Positions 6,459 to 14,849 of a DNA stretch of 15,507 bases are shown piece by piece; position 1 is the first letter of the stretch; every line of letters begins with the position of its first letter. A model generated the notes under the pieces. It did not search any database, had not been told where the DNA came from, and was given only the letters and a program-made list of their open reading frames with translations. Location of the stretch: positions 1-15,507 of the IMG/VR virus record IMGVR_UViG_2563366806_000001, one strand, 5' to 3'. The stretch is from a virus (lineage: Duplodnaviria; Heunggongvirae; Uroviricota; Caudoviricetes). A program made the position numbers and the translations under genes.

Positions 6459-8048
6459 TTACTTAATAAGCAGCGGTACGCCCTGGATACGACGGGCTAC
6501 GCCAGTCGGGCAGCAGGCCCAGACTACTTCCCATTTATCGAATTCCGCCTGCGTAACTTTCAGCACATACGGTTCTGTACCGTCAGCATCAGGATCACGA
6601 GGAGCCACCAGAGCGCCGGAGGCGACAAAGCGATCCAAAAGTTTGGTCATCCCTTTAGTCAGGCCAGACTCAGTAATGCCGTCCGGGTTATGCTTCATCT
6701 GTCGGGCTAACTGGACAAAGAAACGGCTGATTGCGTTCATCAGGGATGGGACGTGCTGGAAATGCAGATAGTTGTCCTGCGTGCAGCAAGTTAAAGCATC
6801 ATCGATGATCATCTGGCCCGAAGTACCTACAGATACTTTATTGAGTCGGCCCTTGACCATAGCTTCTTCGTCCGGGGTGTCTTCAGGATACAGCGGCTGA
6901 AGTGATGCACGAGCAATGACGGCACGTTCTTCACCAGCCGGTGAGTAATGCCAACCGCCGACATCGGAGTTTTTCTTGACGCCACGAGCTTTCGCCGCAT
7001 ACGCCGCGCCAGACAGACCGAAGACCACGCGGGATTGGGTCCATTTGTCTTTGCAGGAGAACGGGAAATGATAGACAGCACAGCTTACATAATCGGTACC
7101 AAGTAAACCGGTATCTTCAACAGCAGAGATCGCTTCCGTGTACGTCAATGTCGGTTTGACATCAAAGAAGCCATCAATCAAGCGATCAGAACAGATATTA
7201 CCTAACGCAGTGATCGCCGCATTGTCATAGCAACCCAGGCCGAGAACAGCGGTGTACATGTACGGCGCATTGTTCAGCACTTTCACCGCACGCAGGTAAG
7301 CAGCAGTGGAAATGTTCGACTGATCGCCGTTGGTACCGCCAGTGAACGCCAGCGATTTTTTATTTGTTACTTTCGCCGTCGAAATCAGCTCTTCATTAAC
7401 AACCGCGCGCAGATATTTAGAACGGGCTTCCAGAGCCGTAGGCAGATAACACAAGCGGCCCATGTCATCTTTCGCTTCTTCCGCCAAAGACACAGTGTGT
7501 GTCTCCAGGGTCGTTACCACACCGAGCGAAGTCGTCTGGGTCAGTTTTAAGAGGAAGCGTTCATTACCCGCGCTGTCCGCTGTTGCCGTTTCGATGGTTA
7601 ACTCACGGGTAGGAGAAATACACGGATCACCATCATCAACGTAGATAGCAAAGGCTTCGCCGCTATCAAGTTCAATTTCAGAACCGTATGGCAACGCACT
7701 GTAAGCCGGTTCGCCTGATTCATCGAACATAATAATCGGGAACTTCGCATCATCCGGAACAGCACGGACAACATAACCAGACGTTTGCTGAATAGCTTCG
7801 TACACATGGCGAATTGGTTCGAACTGTGAGCCGGAGGACGGCTTCAGCGGTTCGCCGAGAACATCTTCGTAATTGGACTCAGTAACCGCAAGAACAGTAA
7901 ACGGCTTGCCACGCGCAAATACGCCAATACCTGCCCACAAGCTGCTATTTAATACAACACCGGTAGATAACGTCGCATCGGCATTGATCGGGCTAACAGC
8001 GACACCGGATGCATTACCTAATGACTGTTGAATTGAATATTGAGACAT
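6459..8048 (-). CDS. contractile tail sheath protein, 529 aa
   Basis: N-terminal ...VTESNYEDVLGEP and C-terminal ...GGWHYSPAGEERAVI motifs resemble conserved sheath signatures (T4 gp18 ...TFGQP / ...TWMSPAGYNRGQI, recalled). Follows the putative head gene as P1 gene 22 follows 23. Confidence 0.6.
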   Translation of the reverse strand: MSQYSIQQSLGNASGVAVSPINADATLSTGVVLNSSLWAGIGVFARGKPFTVLAVTESNYEDVLGEPLKPSSGSQFEPIRHVYEAIQQTSGYVVRAVPDDAKFPIIMFDESGEPAYSALPYGSEIELDSGEAFAIYVDDGDPCISPTRELTIETATADSAGNERFLLKLTQTTSLGVVTTLETHTVSLAEEAKDDMGRLCYLPTALEARSKYLRAVVNEELISTAKVTNKKSLAFTGGTNGDQSNISTAAYLRAVKVLNNAPYMYTAVLGLGCYDNAAITALGNICSDRLIDGFFDVKPTLTYTEAISAVEDTGLLGTDYVSCAVYHFPFSCKDKWTQSRVVFGLSGAAYAAKARGVKKNSDVGGWHYSPAGEERAVIARASLQPLYPEDTPDEEAMVKGRLNKVSVGTSGQMIIDDALTCCTQDNYLHFQHVPSLMNAISRFFVQLARQMKHNPDGITESGLTKGMTKLLDRFVASGALVAPRDPDADGTEPYVLKVTQAEFDKWEVVWACCPTGVARRIQGVPLLIK

Positions 8049-8107
8049 AACTTTCCCTGTTATGCGCCCCGCACGGGGCGCTATGTTAAACGGAGAACTT
8101 CCCCTGA

Positions 8108-9814
8108 TTACTCAGAGTCACCGGCATCAATTGTGTCGCCGCTTATAAAGTTAAGCCCGCCTTTTTTGGCCATTGTCAGCGTTACACGAGTGAAGTAATC
8201 AGCGCCGTTGCGTGGGTGCATATCGTTGATAGCCGAACCCCACAGCGTGGTACGGTTGACCAGCGCCGGAGTGGTCGGATGCTGGAACGGGATGGCCGGG
8301 ACAGCATCACCAGTCACGAAGCCTGCTTTACCCGGATTTTCATCACGGACGTAGCACAGCACATCCATCGAGCTGAACTGAATGTTCTCTGTCGTTAAGT
8401 TCTTACAAATACCAGCAGGTACTTCGTACACTTTCACGTTACCGAACAGGGTACCGATGTAGTGAACATACGGAGTCTGGATATAGTCTTCGGCTGGCTG
8501 GAAGAAATCCTTCGGCAACTGTTTGAAGAAAGATGCTGCATCAGCACCAGCAAACATCCCCATCGCACCAGAAGATTTAACGCGCTCAATAATGTCGCGA
8601 TATACAGTCTGGAATTTGCCACGAATGATGGTTGCCCATACATCAAAGGACTGGTTAACCGGCAGAGCGATGTCAAAGGTGTCGGTCGCAAGAGTACGCC
8701 AGATCATGATGCGAAGACGCAGCATATCCTGTTCATGAGACAGGTATTCCTTCAGGGTGCGGAACTGTAGGGAACCCAGGTCCAGACCAAATTCACGCTG
8801 TGCTTCATACGCCGCCTGTACCGTGTGCTCAGCCGCGATAACGAACTGACTTGGGGGCAGGGTGTATTTCTTCATTTCGTGGTTGATCAGCGGGATCAGC
8901 TCAGGAGCGGCTTCAATATTGATTTCCGTCTCAATTGCGATCTCAGTGCCTTTATCCGGCGCTTTGGAGAACGACAGGGCAATCTGACCAATGTTGTAGT
9001 TCAGAGAGCAGGTAACAGTGATTTGCTCACCAGCAGCATTAGTAAACGAGTGAAGTAGGCTGCCGGAACCGTTATCAACAACAGACTTAATACGGTTAAC
9101 GTAGATGTTAGTGCGACCTTTTCGGATTGGTACATTCTGGCCTTCGAAGTCTTCCATCTTGAAGGTTGCGGTTTTGCTGGTGCCATCGGAGCTTGCCACC
9201 AGCACATAGCGGCGACGTAACTGGCTGTACACACCGACGGATTGCATGTCCAGAACATCACCAGCAGCATAAGAACCAAAAGATGAACCTGCCACGTTAA
9301 AGACTTCATAGATGTCGGACTGGTCACGCGTAACCGGAATGAAGGTACACGCATCAGCGGTAGCTGCCCCCAACTGAACAGGCAGGATCATCGCGAGGAA
9401 TAAAGGCAGACGCATAACACCGTCAGAAACGCTCATCATCTCTGCTGCGACGGATTCCAGCATCGCTTTATTAGTGGCATCCATGCTATTGCGGGTGGAC
9501 TCAATCAGGCAGTTTTCCAGCGTCTGGTGGCAGGAGGCCAGAATTTCCGGACGCGGCATAGATTTATGTGCTGCGGCGTAGTCAGCCAGTGCACTTGCCC
9601 ACGCTGTAGCGATTTGAGCGGTGGCATTATCAGAGATACCCGCAAAAACCGGGTCTTTACGTGCAGCTTCAAGGATAGATGCGGCACGCGCGGCATCATC
9701 TTTAATGAATTGGTTATCAGTACCGAACTGCGCAGTGCTTGCCCAGCCAAGCACAGCTTTAGAGCGTTTTGCGATATCTGCAATACGATTCTGGTATTCG
9801 CGTAAGTTACTCAA
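8108..9814 (-). CDS. putative major head protein precursor (P1 gene 23-like), ~568 aa
   Basis: First gene after parB/parS, same strand. ORF track starts at TTG 9835, but TTG 9814 has a good SD (AAGGAAG, complement of 9821-9827, 6-nt spacer); no in-frame ATG for ~90 codons. Alanine-rich helical N-terminal ~110 aa is consistent with a cleaved propeptide. Confidence 0.45.
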   Translation of the reverse strand: MSNLREYQNRIADIAKRSKAVLGWASTAQFGTDNQFIKDDAARAASILEAARKDPVFAGISDNATAQIATAWASALADYAAAHKSMPRPEILASCHQTLENCLIESTRNSMDATNKAMLESVAAEMMSVSDGVMRLPLFLAMILPVQLGAATADACTFIPVTRDQSDIYEVFNVAGSSFGSYAAGDVLDMQSVGVYSQLRRRYVLVASSDGTSKTATFKMEDFEGQNVPIRKGRTNIYVNRIKSVVDNGSGSLLHSFTNAAGEQITVTCSLNYNIGQIALSFSKAPDKGTEIAIETEINIEAAPELIPLINHEMKKYTLPPSQFVIAAEHTVQAAYEAQREFGLDLGSLQFRTLKEYLSHEQDMLRLRIMIWRTLATDTFDIALPVNQSFDVWATIIRGKFQTVYRDIIERVKSSGAMGMFAGADAASFFKQLPKDFFQPAEDYIQTPYVHYIGTLFGNVKVYEVPAGICKNLTTENIQFSSMDVLCYVRDENPGKAGFVTGDAVPAIPFQHPTTPALVNRTTLWGSAINDMHPRNGADYFTRVTLTMAKKGGLNFISGDTIDAGDSE

Positions 9815-9959
9815 TTTACTCTTCCTTAAACACAAGGCACTTGTGTGAATCCCTTTTCGGAAGAGATTTTATTGAAAATCACTTGTTGACTTTCTCGCGA
9901 AAAGTAATTTTTTAAATTTTTTGTGCGGGGAAGTGGACGGTGAATGCAGGCGTTAAATC

Positions 9960-10030
9960 GTGGGAATTTCAGTCTGAAATTCTCCTAAAAAACACATGCA
10001 AATCATAATGTTAGTAATGAAATTGGTGCG
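9960..10030. other. parS-like partition (centromere) site downstream of parB
   Basis: 19-bp palindrome GAATTTCAG-T-CTGAAATTC (9964-9982) built from inverted ATTTCAG heptamers (cf. P1 ParB box A ATTTCAC); IHF-consensus-like AATCATAATGTTA (10001-10013); further heptamer TGAAATT (10018-10024). Confidence 0.45.
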
Positions 10031-10078
10031 GGACATTTTAGGAAGGGGAGGGGCTAACACCACCTCCCACCAGCGGGA

Positions 10079-11044
10079 TTATTCCCCAGCAGACATTTTC
10101 CCAATGATTTTTTTTATTGCTTCGTCAATTTCAGTTTGCACTTCAGACGGGAGTCTGGAGAACTCGTAGGCGACAACCCGTTTTTTCGGATCGGACTTCT
10201 TTCGAGCATATTGGCGACGGTCAGAGAAGTCTCGCAGCTTCTCAACCACCACAGATTTAACCGGCGCGGGCTTCAGGCTTTTGCTTTCCGCTTTGAAGAT
10301 AGCCAGTATCTTCGCTTTATCCTCTTTCGCGCCCTCAGTCTCTGCAATTCGTTCGCGCACCGTATCAACCAGCTCTTCAATAGGCACGCTTTTAGCGTTG
10401 GCATCCTCGGAGATCTGGAGCAGTAACTGGTAATCTGGCAGGGCGAGATCGCTGGCAACAGGGAAGACAGCAATCATCTCATCCGGCACCGCTGCCGCCT
10501 GGAACGCGCGCGTAACTTTAGCCTTTGAAATGTTCTCAGCGCGGGCGATCTCTTCTTTGGTCATGCTCTTACCATACATAACCTCGAAGCGTTTACCCAG
10601 TTCGCGCAGGGTGTGTTCGCGGGCTGTCTGGATATCAATGGCCAGCTGGCGTGCATCCGCCAGGCTGATCTCATCTTTCGTCACCAGAATCTCAAATTTC
10701 GTTTCATTGAAGATACACGCAGCGCGGCGACGTGATCCGTCCAATACCTCAATGCGCTCCCCAACCATACGACCGATAGCCGGGAAGAACTGTTGCAATT
10801 TAATGGTGCGGGAAATATCGCTTACCGACTCAGGGGTGAGCAGAGACTGATCGCGGCCGTTAACTGCCGGGTCAACGAACGTGCGCGACTCAATCTCACC
10901 ACTCAGCACAACGGTAAGCAAAAATTTAGCCTGGCGGCCAGATTTTAGGGTAAAGATTTTGGTGCCTTCACTGCCTTCAAGCATGCGAGCAAACTCGGAG
11001 CTATTCTTGCCCAGCACTCGTCCACGGGAAACTATTTTTTTCAT
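10079..11044 (-). CDS. parB: ParB partition protein (P1 ParB-like), 321 aa
   Basis: Overlaps the parA stop by 4 bp (ATGA). Protein recognisably similar to P1 ParB (e.g. FDRRQYARKK... C-terminus, central HTH region SKAKVTRAFQAAAVPDE). Confidence 0.9.
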   Translation of the reverse strand: MKKIVSRGRVLGKNSSEFARMLEGSEGTKIFTLKSGRQAKFLLTVVLSGEIESRTFVDPAVNGRDQSLLTPESVSDISRTIKLQQFFPAIGRMVGERIEVLDGSRRRAACIFNETKFEILVTKDEISLADARQLAIDIQTAREHTLRELGKRFEVMYGKSMTKEEIARAENISKAKVTRAFQAAAVPDEMIAVFPVASDLALPDYQLLLQISEDANAKSVPIEELVDTVRERIAETEGAKEDKAKILAIFKAESKSLKPAPVKSVVVEKLRDFSDRRQYARKKSDPKKRVVAYEFSRLPSEVQTEIDEAIKKIIGKMSAGE

Positions 11045-12252
11045 GCCGCCTCACCCCTAACAAACTCAATTCGATCAAACACAGCCTTAGTGAAACGCTC
11101 GGCCTCGGTTCGTGCCTTCTTCAGCGCCTCTGCACTGCCTGGATACGATTGCGGGTTGGCACTGATTACGGTGTCGAAAGACTCGCCGCATCGCTCAAAT
11201 CCATCCAGACGAGGCAGAGAAGAGTCCAGAATGTTGCTGGCGTAAACCTCACGCGCAAGGCTGTGTGATGTCTCGTGATCGCGCTTGCCGGTCATCTTCG
11301 ACATAAAACCAATGCTGGCGCTTAAACGCGGTTCTACGCCTTCCTCCTCCAGTTGCTCCAGCATTTCTGGCAGACGGGTGAGATATTTCAGTGTTGAGTG
11401 GAAGTCAACCTGGGCTGGTGGGGTAGGGGTAAGCAGCAAATCGCTGGCCGCCAGACCGTTGAGCAGGAACGGATCCAGGTGTGGACCGGTATCAATAAAG
11501 ATAAAGTCATAATCATCAGCAACACGATCAATGATATTGCGTCGAAGGATTTCGTACTGATTTTGTCCGGGAAGATGCTCTTCAACCAGCTCTTTCCATT
11601 GGCTGGCAACAAAGCCATCGTCGATAGAGGCTGGAATCACGTCTACGCCAGGAACGATGGTCGGACGAATCACCTCTTTGCGTAGCGTCTCCGCGTCCAA
11701 GTCGTTCAGCATCGCCTGCGCGGCGGTTTCCAGGATGGAACCAATACTGTGAGTATGGTCGAGGAACATTGTGCTGGATGCCTGAGGGTCAAGGTCAATT
11801 ACCAGAATGCGCAGATCGTGACGCAGTAAATCCTGATGCACACGCAGAGCGTGCGCCAACGTGACTGTGGAAACCGTTTTGGATACGCCACCCTTCAGGT
11901 TTACGACAAAAATAACGTAAGGCGATTTGTGAATGTCGCGATATTTTGGGATCTTACGGTGGGCATAGATATCAATGACGTTCTGGATGGTCAGCGCGTA
12001 CTGTTCAACGTTACCGACCTGTTTCTTGTTGAACTGGTACCCATCATCTTCCATCTCTTTGATGGCCTGCTCCACAATGCGGCGGCTCAGCTTCGGCAAC
12101 TTTGCCACAGCGTTACGAGTGAACGTCTGATAATACTCGGTCTGATTGAACTCTTTGCGCTGATCTTCAATATCCTGACTCATGGCCTTAAGTAATGCGC
12201 TTGCACGAAGAGCTATGGTGCCGACACCGCCGTAATCGCGTTTCATCATCAT
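11041..12252 (-). CDS. parA: ParA partition ATPase (P1-type), 403 aa in track; third ATG at 12246 is the best-spaced start
   Basis: Walker A KGGVSKT; long N-terminal regulatory extension typical of P1/F-type ParA; SD AAGGAG (complement of 12253-12258); strong resemblance to P1 ParA (FVVNLKGGVSKTVSTV..., ...LPRLDGFERCGESFDTVISANP...). Confidence 0.9.
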   Translation of the reverse strand: MMMKRDYGGVGTIALRASALLKAMSQDIEDQRKEFNQTEYYQTFTRNAVAKLPKLSRRIVEQAIKEMEDDGYQFNKKQVGNVEQYALTIQNVIDIYAHRKIPKYRDIHKSPYVIFVVNLKGGVSKTVSTVTLAHALRVHQDLLRHDLRILVIDLDPQASSTMFLDHTHSIGSILETAAQAMLNDLDAETLRKEVIRPTIVPGVDVIPASIDDGFVASQWKELVEEHLPGQNQYEILRRNIIDRVADDYDFIFIDTGPHLDPFLLNGLAASDLLLTPTPPAQVDFHSTLKYLTRLPEMLEQLEEEGVEPRLSASIGFMSKMTGKRDHETSHSLAREVYASNILDSSLPRLDGFERCGESFDTVISANPQSYPGSAEALKKARTEAERFTKAVFDRIEFVRGEAA

Positions 12253-12276
12253 CTCCTTATCATTTCGTATGAGTGA

Positions 12277-12338
12277 ATTGTACGTTTGATTCTGCTACGT
12301 GCAACTTATTTTGATTCGTGCGTAAATTATTGCACGTA
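12277..12338 (-). promoter_or_regulatory. parA promoter with inverted-repeat operator
   Basis: Minus-strand -35 TTGCAC (complement of 12299-12304), 16-bp spacer, -10 TACAAT (complement of 12277-12282). Perfect 9-bp inverted repeat TACGTGCAA (12296-12304) / TTGCACGTA (12330-12338) overlaps the -35. Confidence 0.5.
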
Positions 12339-12362
12339 AAGAAATGGCGATGAGGCTATTAG

Positions 12363-12645
12363 ATGTGTGCTGGAGGGATGATGCAGGACCAGAATGTGCG
12401 ATAGAGGGAAGTCGCATTGAATTATGTGTTGTGGAGGGATCGCTGGTATCAAATATGTGCGCTGAAGGGAAAGATAGAAGATTAGATGTGCGCTGGAGGG
12501 AAACTTGGATGGTTAGATGTGTGCTGGAGGGAATGTCTGGGCAAACTGCGTGGCGCAACCCTCCAGCGCACACCAAAAACAGGAAAATGGGCAGGCATTC
12601 CCGGCAGCGCACATTTTTCAAATGCAGCTGCCCTCCAGCACACAC
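12363..12645. repeat. incA-like iteron array: nine RepA-binding repeats (6 direct, 3 inverted)
   Basis: ATGTGTGCTGGAGGGA-type cores starting at 12363, 12394, 12424, 12455, 12486, 12517; inverted copies at 12559-12573, 12599-12614, 12631-12645, the last abutting the repA stop. Confidence 0.85.
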
Positions 12646-13506
12646 TTATTCGGGAAGTTTCAGCTTTGGATTGCGAGAATGGACGATTACAAAACTTTCC
12701 CGGCCTTTCTTCTCAATTGAACAGTCGAGATAGCCAATTGTTTTAAGCTGTTCTATCGCTTTCTTAATGATACGGTTTTGCTCGCCAACAGCTGACTGCA
12801 AAGCCAGGCGCTCACGGATTCGCGCGAACGATAGCGGCAACGGGTTCTGCGGAAGGCTTTCGATGAAAGTGTAAATGGCTTGTGCAGCTTCTTTCTTCGG
12901 AAGGGCACGCAAGGCGTGGTGTTGCAACAGAACGCGATAATCAAGCTGGAACAGCTCCCAGAGCTTCGAATCGGCCTCCAGCTCTATCAGATCAAGGTCA
13001 GCATCAAAACGCCCGACCTTCAGCAGACCAGTCTGATAGCCGCCTTTAGCATCTTTTCCGCGCTTAAAAGCGATACCCTTGTTACGCAAGCGTCCAAGTG
13101 ATTCATGAATGGTTAAACGCAGTTTCGCATCCAGACGTTTTGAGGGGAAACCACAGGCTTTAGCGAACTCCTGAAACGATAACTGGATGGTGTTTGAAGA
13201 CAAGCCGTATTTGCTGAACGCGTAGATGACACCGATCCACGTTTTGAAATCAGTATCCATATCGAGTCGAGGACCGGTGATTTTAATATCATCGTAACCC
13301 TCGGCTTTAGCTATCTCCAGCTGGGAAAACGCTTTGGTGGCATCAATCTCTTTACTTTCTCCTTTGCTCTTTGATGGCTTCGGAACGAATACCCCCAAGC
13401 GCATCAACGCTACAGGCTGCACAGTGTTGTTTGAATTAACTGTTAGTTCTTTTGCCTTACTTTCAATGTCTGCGTAAAGAATATCGGAGATAAATGATTG
13501 ATTCAT
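12646..13506 (-). CDS. repA: RepA plasmid replication initiator (P1 RepA-like), 286 aa
   Basis: ATG 13506, TAA 12646-12648; flanked by iteron arrays on both sides; protein matches recalled P1 RepA in length and sequence. Confidence 0.9.
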   Translation of the reverse strand: MNQSFISDILYADIESKAKELTVNSNNTVQPVALMRLGVFVPKPSKSKGESKEIDATKAFSQLEIAKAEGYDDIKITGPRLDMDTDFKTWIGVIYAFSKYGLSSNTIQLSFQEFAKACGFPSKRLDAKLRLTIHESLGRLRNKGIAFKRGKDAKGGYQTGLLKVGRFDADLDLIELEADSKLWELFQLDYRVLLQHHALRALPKKEAAQAIYTFIESLPQNPLPLSFARIRERLALQSAVGEQNRIIKKAIEQLKTIGYLDCSIEKKGRESFVIVHSRNPKLKLPE

Positions 13507-13519
13507 ATTACTTTTTCCG

Positions 13520-13783
13520 AATTATGTGGATAGTTTTTATAAGTGGTGATAACTACCCAGGCTTTCCCGTCAGCACACATCCTATATCCCGCCAGCACAC
13601 ATTAGCAACCCGTCAGCACACATTTTTATCCCTCCAGCACACATCGTTTTCCCTCCAGCACACATCGCGATACACTTCTAAGCCAGACGTGGCGCGGCCT
13701 GCAACGATCAGGGATCTATATGGATCTAATTGGGATCTGTATGGACCTAATTATTGGATCTACCCAGTGGATAATGTGGATAA
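13520..13783. other. oriR-like plasmid replication origin
   Basis: DnaA-box-like TGTGGATAG (13525-13533); five iterons; five GATC sites (13706, 13713, 13723, 13734, 13757) in short A/T-rich repeats; tandem DnaA boxes AGTGGATAA (13766-13774) and TGTGGATAA (13775-13783). Confidence 0.8.
13565..13665. repeat. incC-like iteron array: five repeats at ~21-bp spacing
   Basis: (T/A)CCC(G/T)(T/C)CAGCACACAT at 13565, 13587, 13608, 13629, 13650, same family as the incA repeats; lies in the repA promoter/origin region. Confidence 0.85.
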
Positions 13784-13785
13784 GT

Positions 13786-13810
13786 GAAAAACCGGCCAAC
13801 ATAGCCGGTT
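13786..13810 (-). terminator. terminator after the Cys/His-rich ORF, shielding the origin
   Basis: Stem AACCGGC (13790-13796) / GCCGGTT (13804-13810), 7-nt loop, followed on the minus strand by a T-run (complement of plus-strand A-run ending 13789). Confidence 0.5.
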
Positions 13811-13823
13811 GGAAGGAAGGGTA

Positions 13824-14210
13824 TTATTCTACGCTTTCGATAAGAAGACCATGTTCATAACATTTAAGCTCATCGCCTTCGTACAGGAATTGGTATCCAA
13901 TACCACCATTTTCATGGACATTAGGGAATAACTCATAACTCACTGAAGAGCAAATCACACCAATGCAGCGATCAACGCCTTCTCGTTCTTCAGTGCTGAA
14001 AAAATCCTCTTCGGTAAGGACACATTGCTCATCAGCATAGGTCGGAAATACATGCTCGATGCAATCCGGGTGTTTTAAACCAAGCTGATCGGCAAGCTCG
14101 AAAGCATGACGGTATTGTTCAGATCCTGGCTTGCCAACAGTGATGTGCTCAATTTTGTAGATTGAAGTTGCTTTGTTGATAGTTTGCTTTACTGTTACTT
14201 TATCAGACAT
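13824..14210 (-). CDS. hypothetical Cys/His-rich protein, 128 aa
   Basis: ATG 14210, TAA 13824-13826. Motifs HPDCIEH, CVLTEE, CIGVIC, CYEH suggest metal binding. Occupies the position of P1 upfA as recalled. Confidence 0.55.
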   Translation of the reverse strand: MSDKVTVKQTINKATSIYKIEHITVGKPGSEQYRHAFELADQLGLKHPDCIEHVFPTYADEQCVLTEEDFFSTEEREGVDRCIGVICSSVSYELFPNVHENGGIGYQFLYEGDELKCYEHGLLIESVE

Positions 14211-14221
14211 AAAAATCCCTT

Positions 14222-14554
14222 TTAGTTACCTCTGATAGCGCGGTTGTAATCATTAACGTTGCGATTCTTCCTGTTAATCCCCATCAGCATCGTTTCTGTA
14301 TCGAGGATATACGCTGGCAGATCATCAAAATATTCACTGCTAAACTCTGGCATCCTGCACATAAATGCACTTTTGGGGGCAGGGTGGTTAACCTTTGTCG
14401 GCGTCGGCGTTAAATTCGCTGATCGACTGCCGGAGCAACCGCTGAGTGTCAGCAGGAATGCGCTGGCGAACATTACCCGCCGCAACCAGTTGTTTCTGAA
14501 CTTCAGCTTTTCGTTCCATTTGCCTGTCAGCATATTTGGCTTGTTCTGATTCAT
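14222..14554 (-). CDS. lipoprotein, candidate o-spanin (Rz1-like), 110-aa precursor
   Basis: SD AGGAAG (complement of 14561-14566) 6 nt before ATG 14554. Signal peptide with lipobox LSGC; Pro-rich mature N-terminus (TPTPTKVNHPAP) with a further Cys. 5' 167 nt lie inside the preceding ORF in another frame. Confidence 0.55.
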   Translation of the reverse strand: MNQNKPNMLTGKWNEKLKFRNNWLRRVMFASAFLLTLSGCSGSRSANLTPTPTKVNHPAPKSAFMCRMPEFSSEYFDDLPAYILDTETMLMGINRKNRNVNDYNRAIRGN

Positions 14555-14810
14555 TTTTCACTTCCTGGCTGTGAAAATGTTGCTCTGCTTTGTTCATCGT
14601 CTCAATGGTCTGGTTAAGATCCATTATTGACTTATCACGTTCCTTAACAGCCTGATCAAGACTGCCAATTTTCTCCATGGCTTGCTTTAGCTGATGACGT
14701 TCCCATGCAAACCCAGCACCAACAAGTGCGCAAATCAGAACAAGAACACCAGTAGCAGCAAGTTTCTCCTTCAAAGACAAAGCTGTTTTTAACGTAGAAA
14801 AGAATGACAT
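14388..14810 (-). CDS. type II membrane protein, candidate i-spanin (Rz-like), 140 aa from ATG 14810 (ORF track starts at TTG 14837)
   Basis: SD GGAGG (complement of 14816-14820) 5 nt before ATG 14810. One N-terminal TM helix (LAATGVLVLICALVGAGFAW) then a charged helical domain. Its 3' end overlaps the lipoprotein gene. Confidence 0.55.
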   Translation of the reverse strand: MSFFSTLKTALSLKEKLAATGVLVLICALVGAGFAWERHQLKQAMEKIGSLDQAVKERDKSIMDLNQTIETMNKAEQHFHSQEVKNESEQAKYADRQMERKAEVQKQLVAAGNVRQRIPADTQRLLRQSISEFNADADKG

Positions 14811-14849
14811 GTCTTCCTCCTGAAGAAAAATTATCAATGAAGTCCTTTG

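Noticed and set aside
8064-8081. GC hairpin between head and sheath genes as a rho-independent terminator
   Set aside because: No U-tract follows on the transcribed strand and the downstream sheath gene needs read-through; reported only as a possible attenuator.
4790-9848. Plus-strand ORFs across the late operon (e.g. 4790-5521, 5773-6018, 6204-6710, 6442-6771, 7462-7644, 8216-8398, 8462-8770, 8825-9058, 9527-9805, 9621-9848) and short minus-strand ORFs in alternative frames (6827-7081, 7598-7807, 8434-8691, 9001-9354, 9505-9783)
   Set aside because: All overlap long minus-strand structural genes; translations are Ser/Arg/Cys-rich without motifs; consistent with chance ORFs in GC-biased coding DNA.
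10136-12195. Plus-strand and alternative-frame ORFs within parB and parA (10136-10426, 10273-10473, 10530-10850, 11285-11512, 11388-11618, 11398-11685, 11836-12195)
   Set aside because: Embedded in confidently assigned par genes; no start signals.
12295-12746. ORFs reading through the iteron array (12295-12645 minus, 12344-12733, 12486-12746 and 12517-12720 plus); also considered a CRISPR array
   Set aside because: Repeated MCAGG/CWRD peptide motifs are just iteron translations. Repeats are in both orientations with irregular spacers and sit between repA and parA, which is an iteron array and not CRISPR.
12753-13787. ORFs 12753-12944 (minus), 12880-13101 (plus) and 13494-13787 (plus)
   Set aside because: The first two lie inside repA in other frames; the third runs through the incC iterons and origin GATC repeats. 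All are artefacts.
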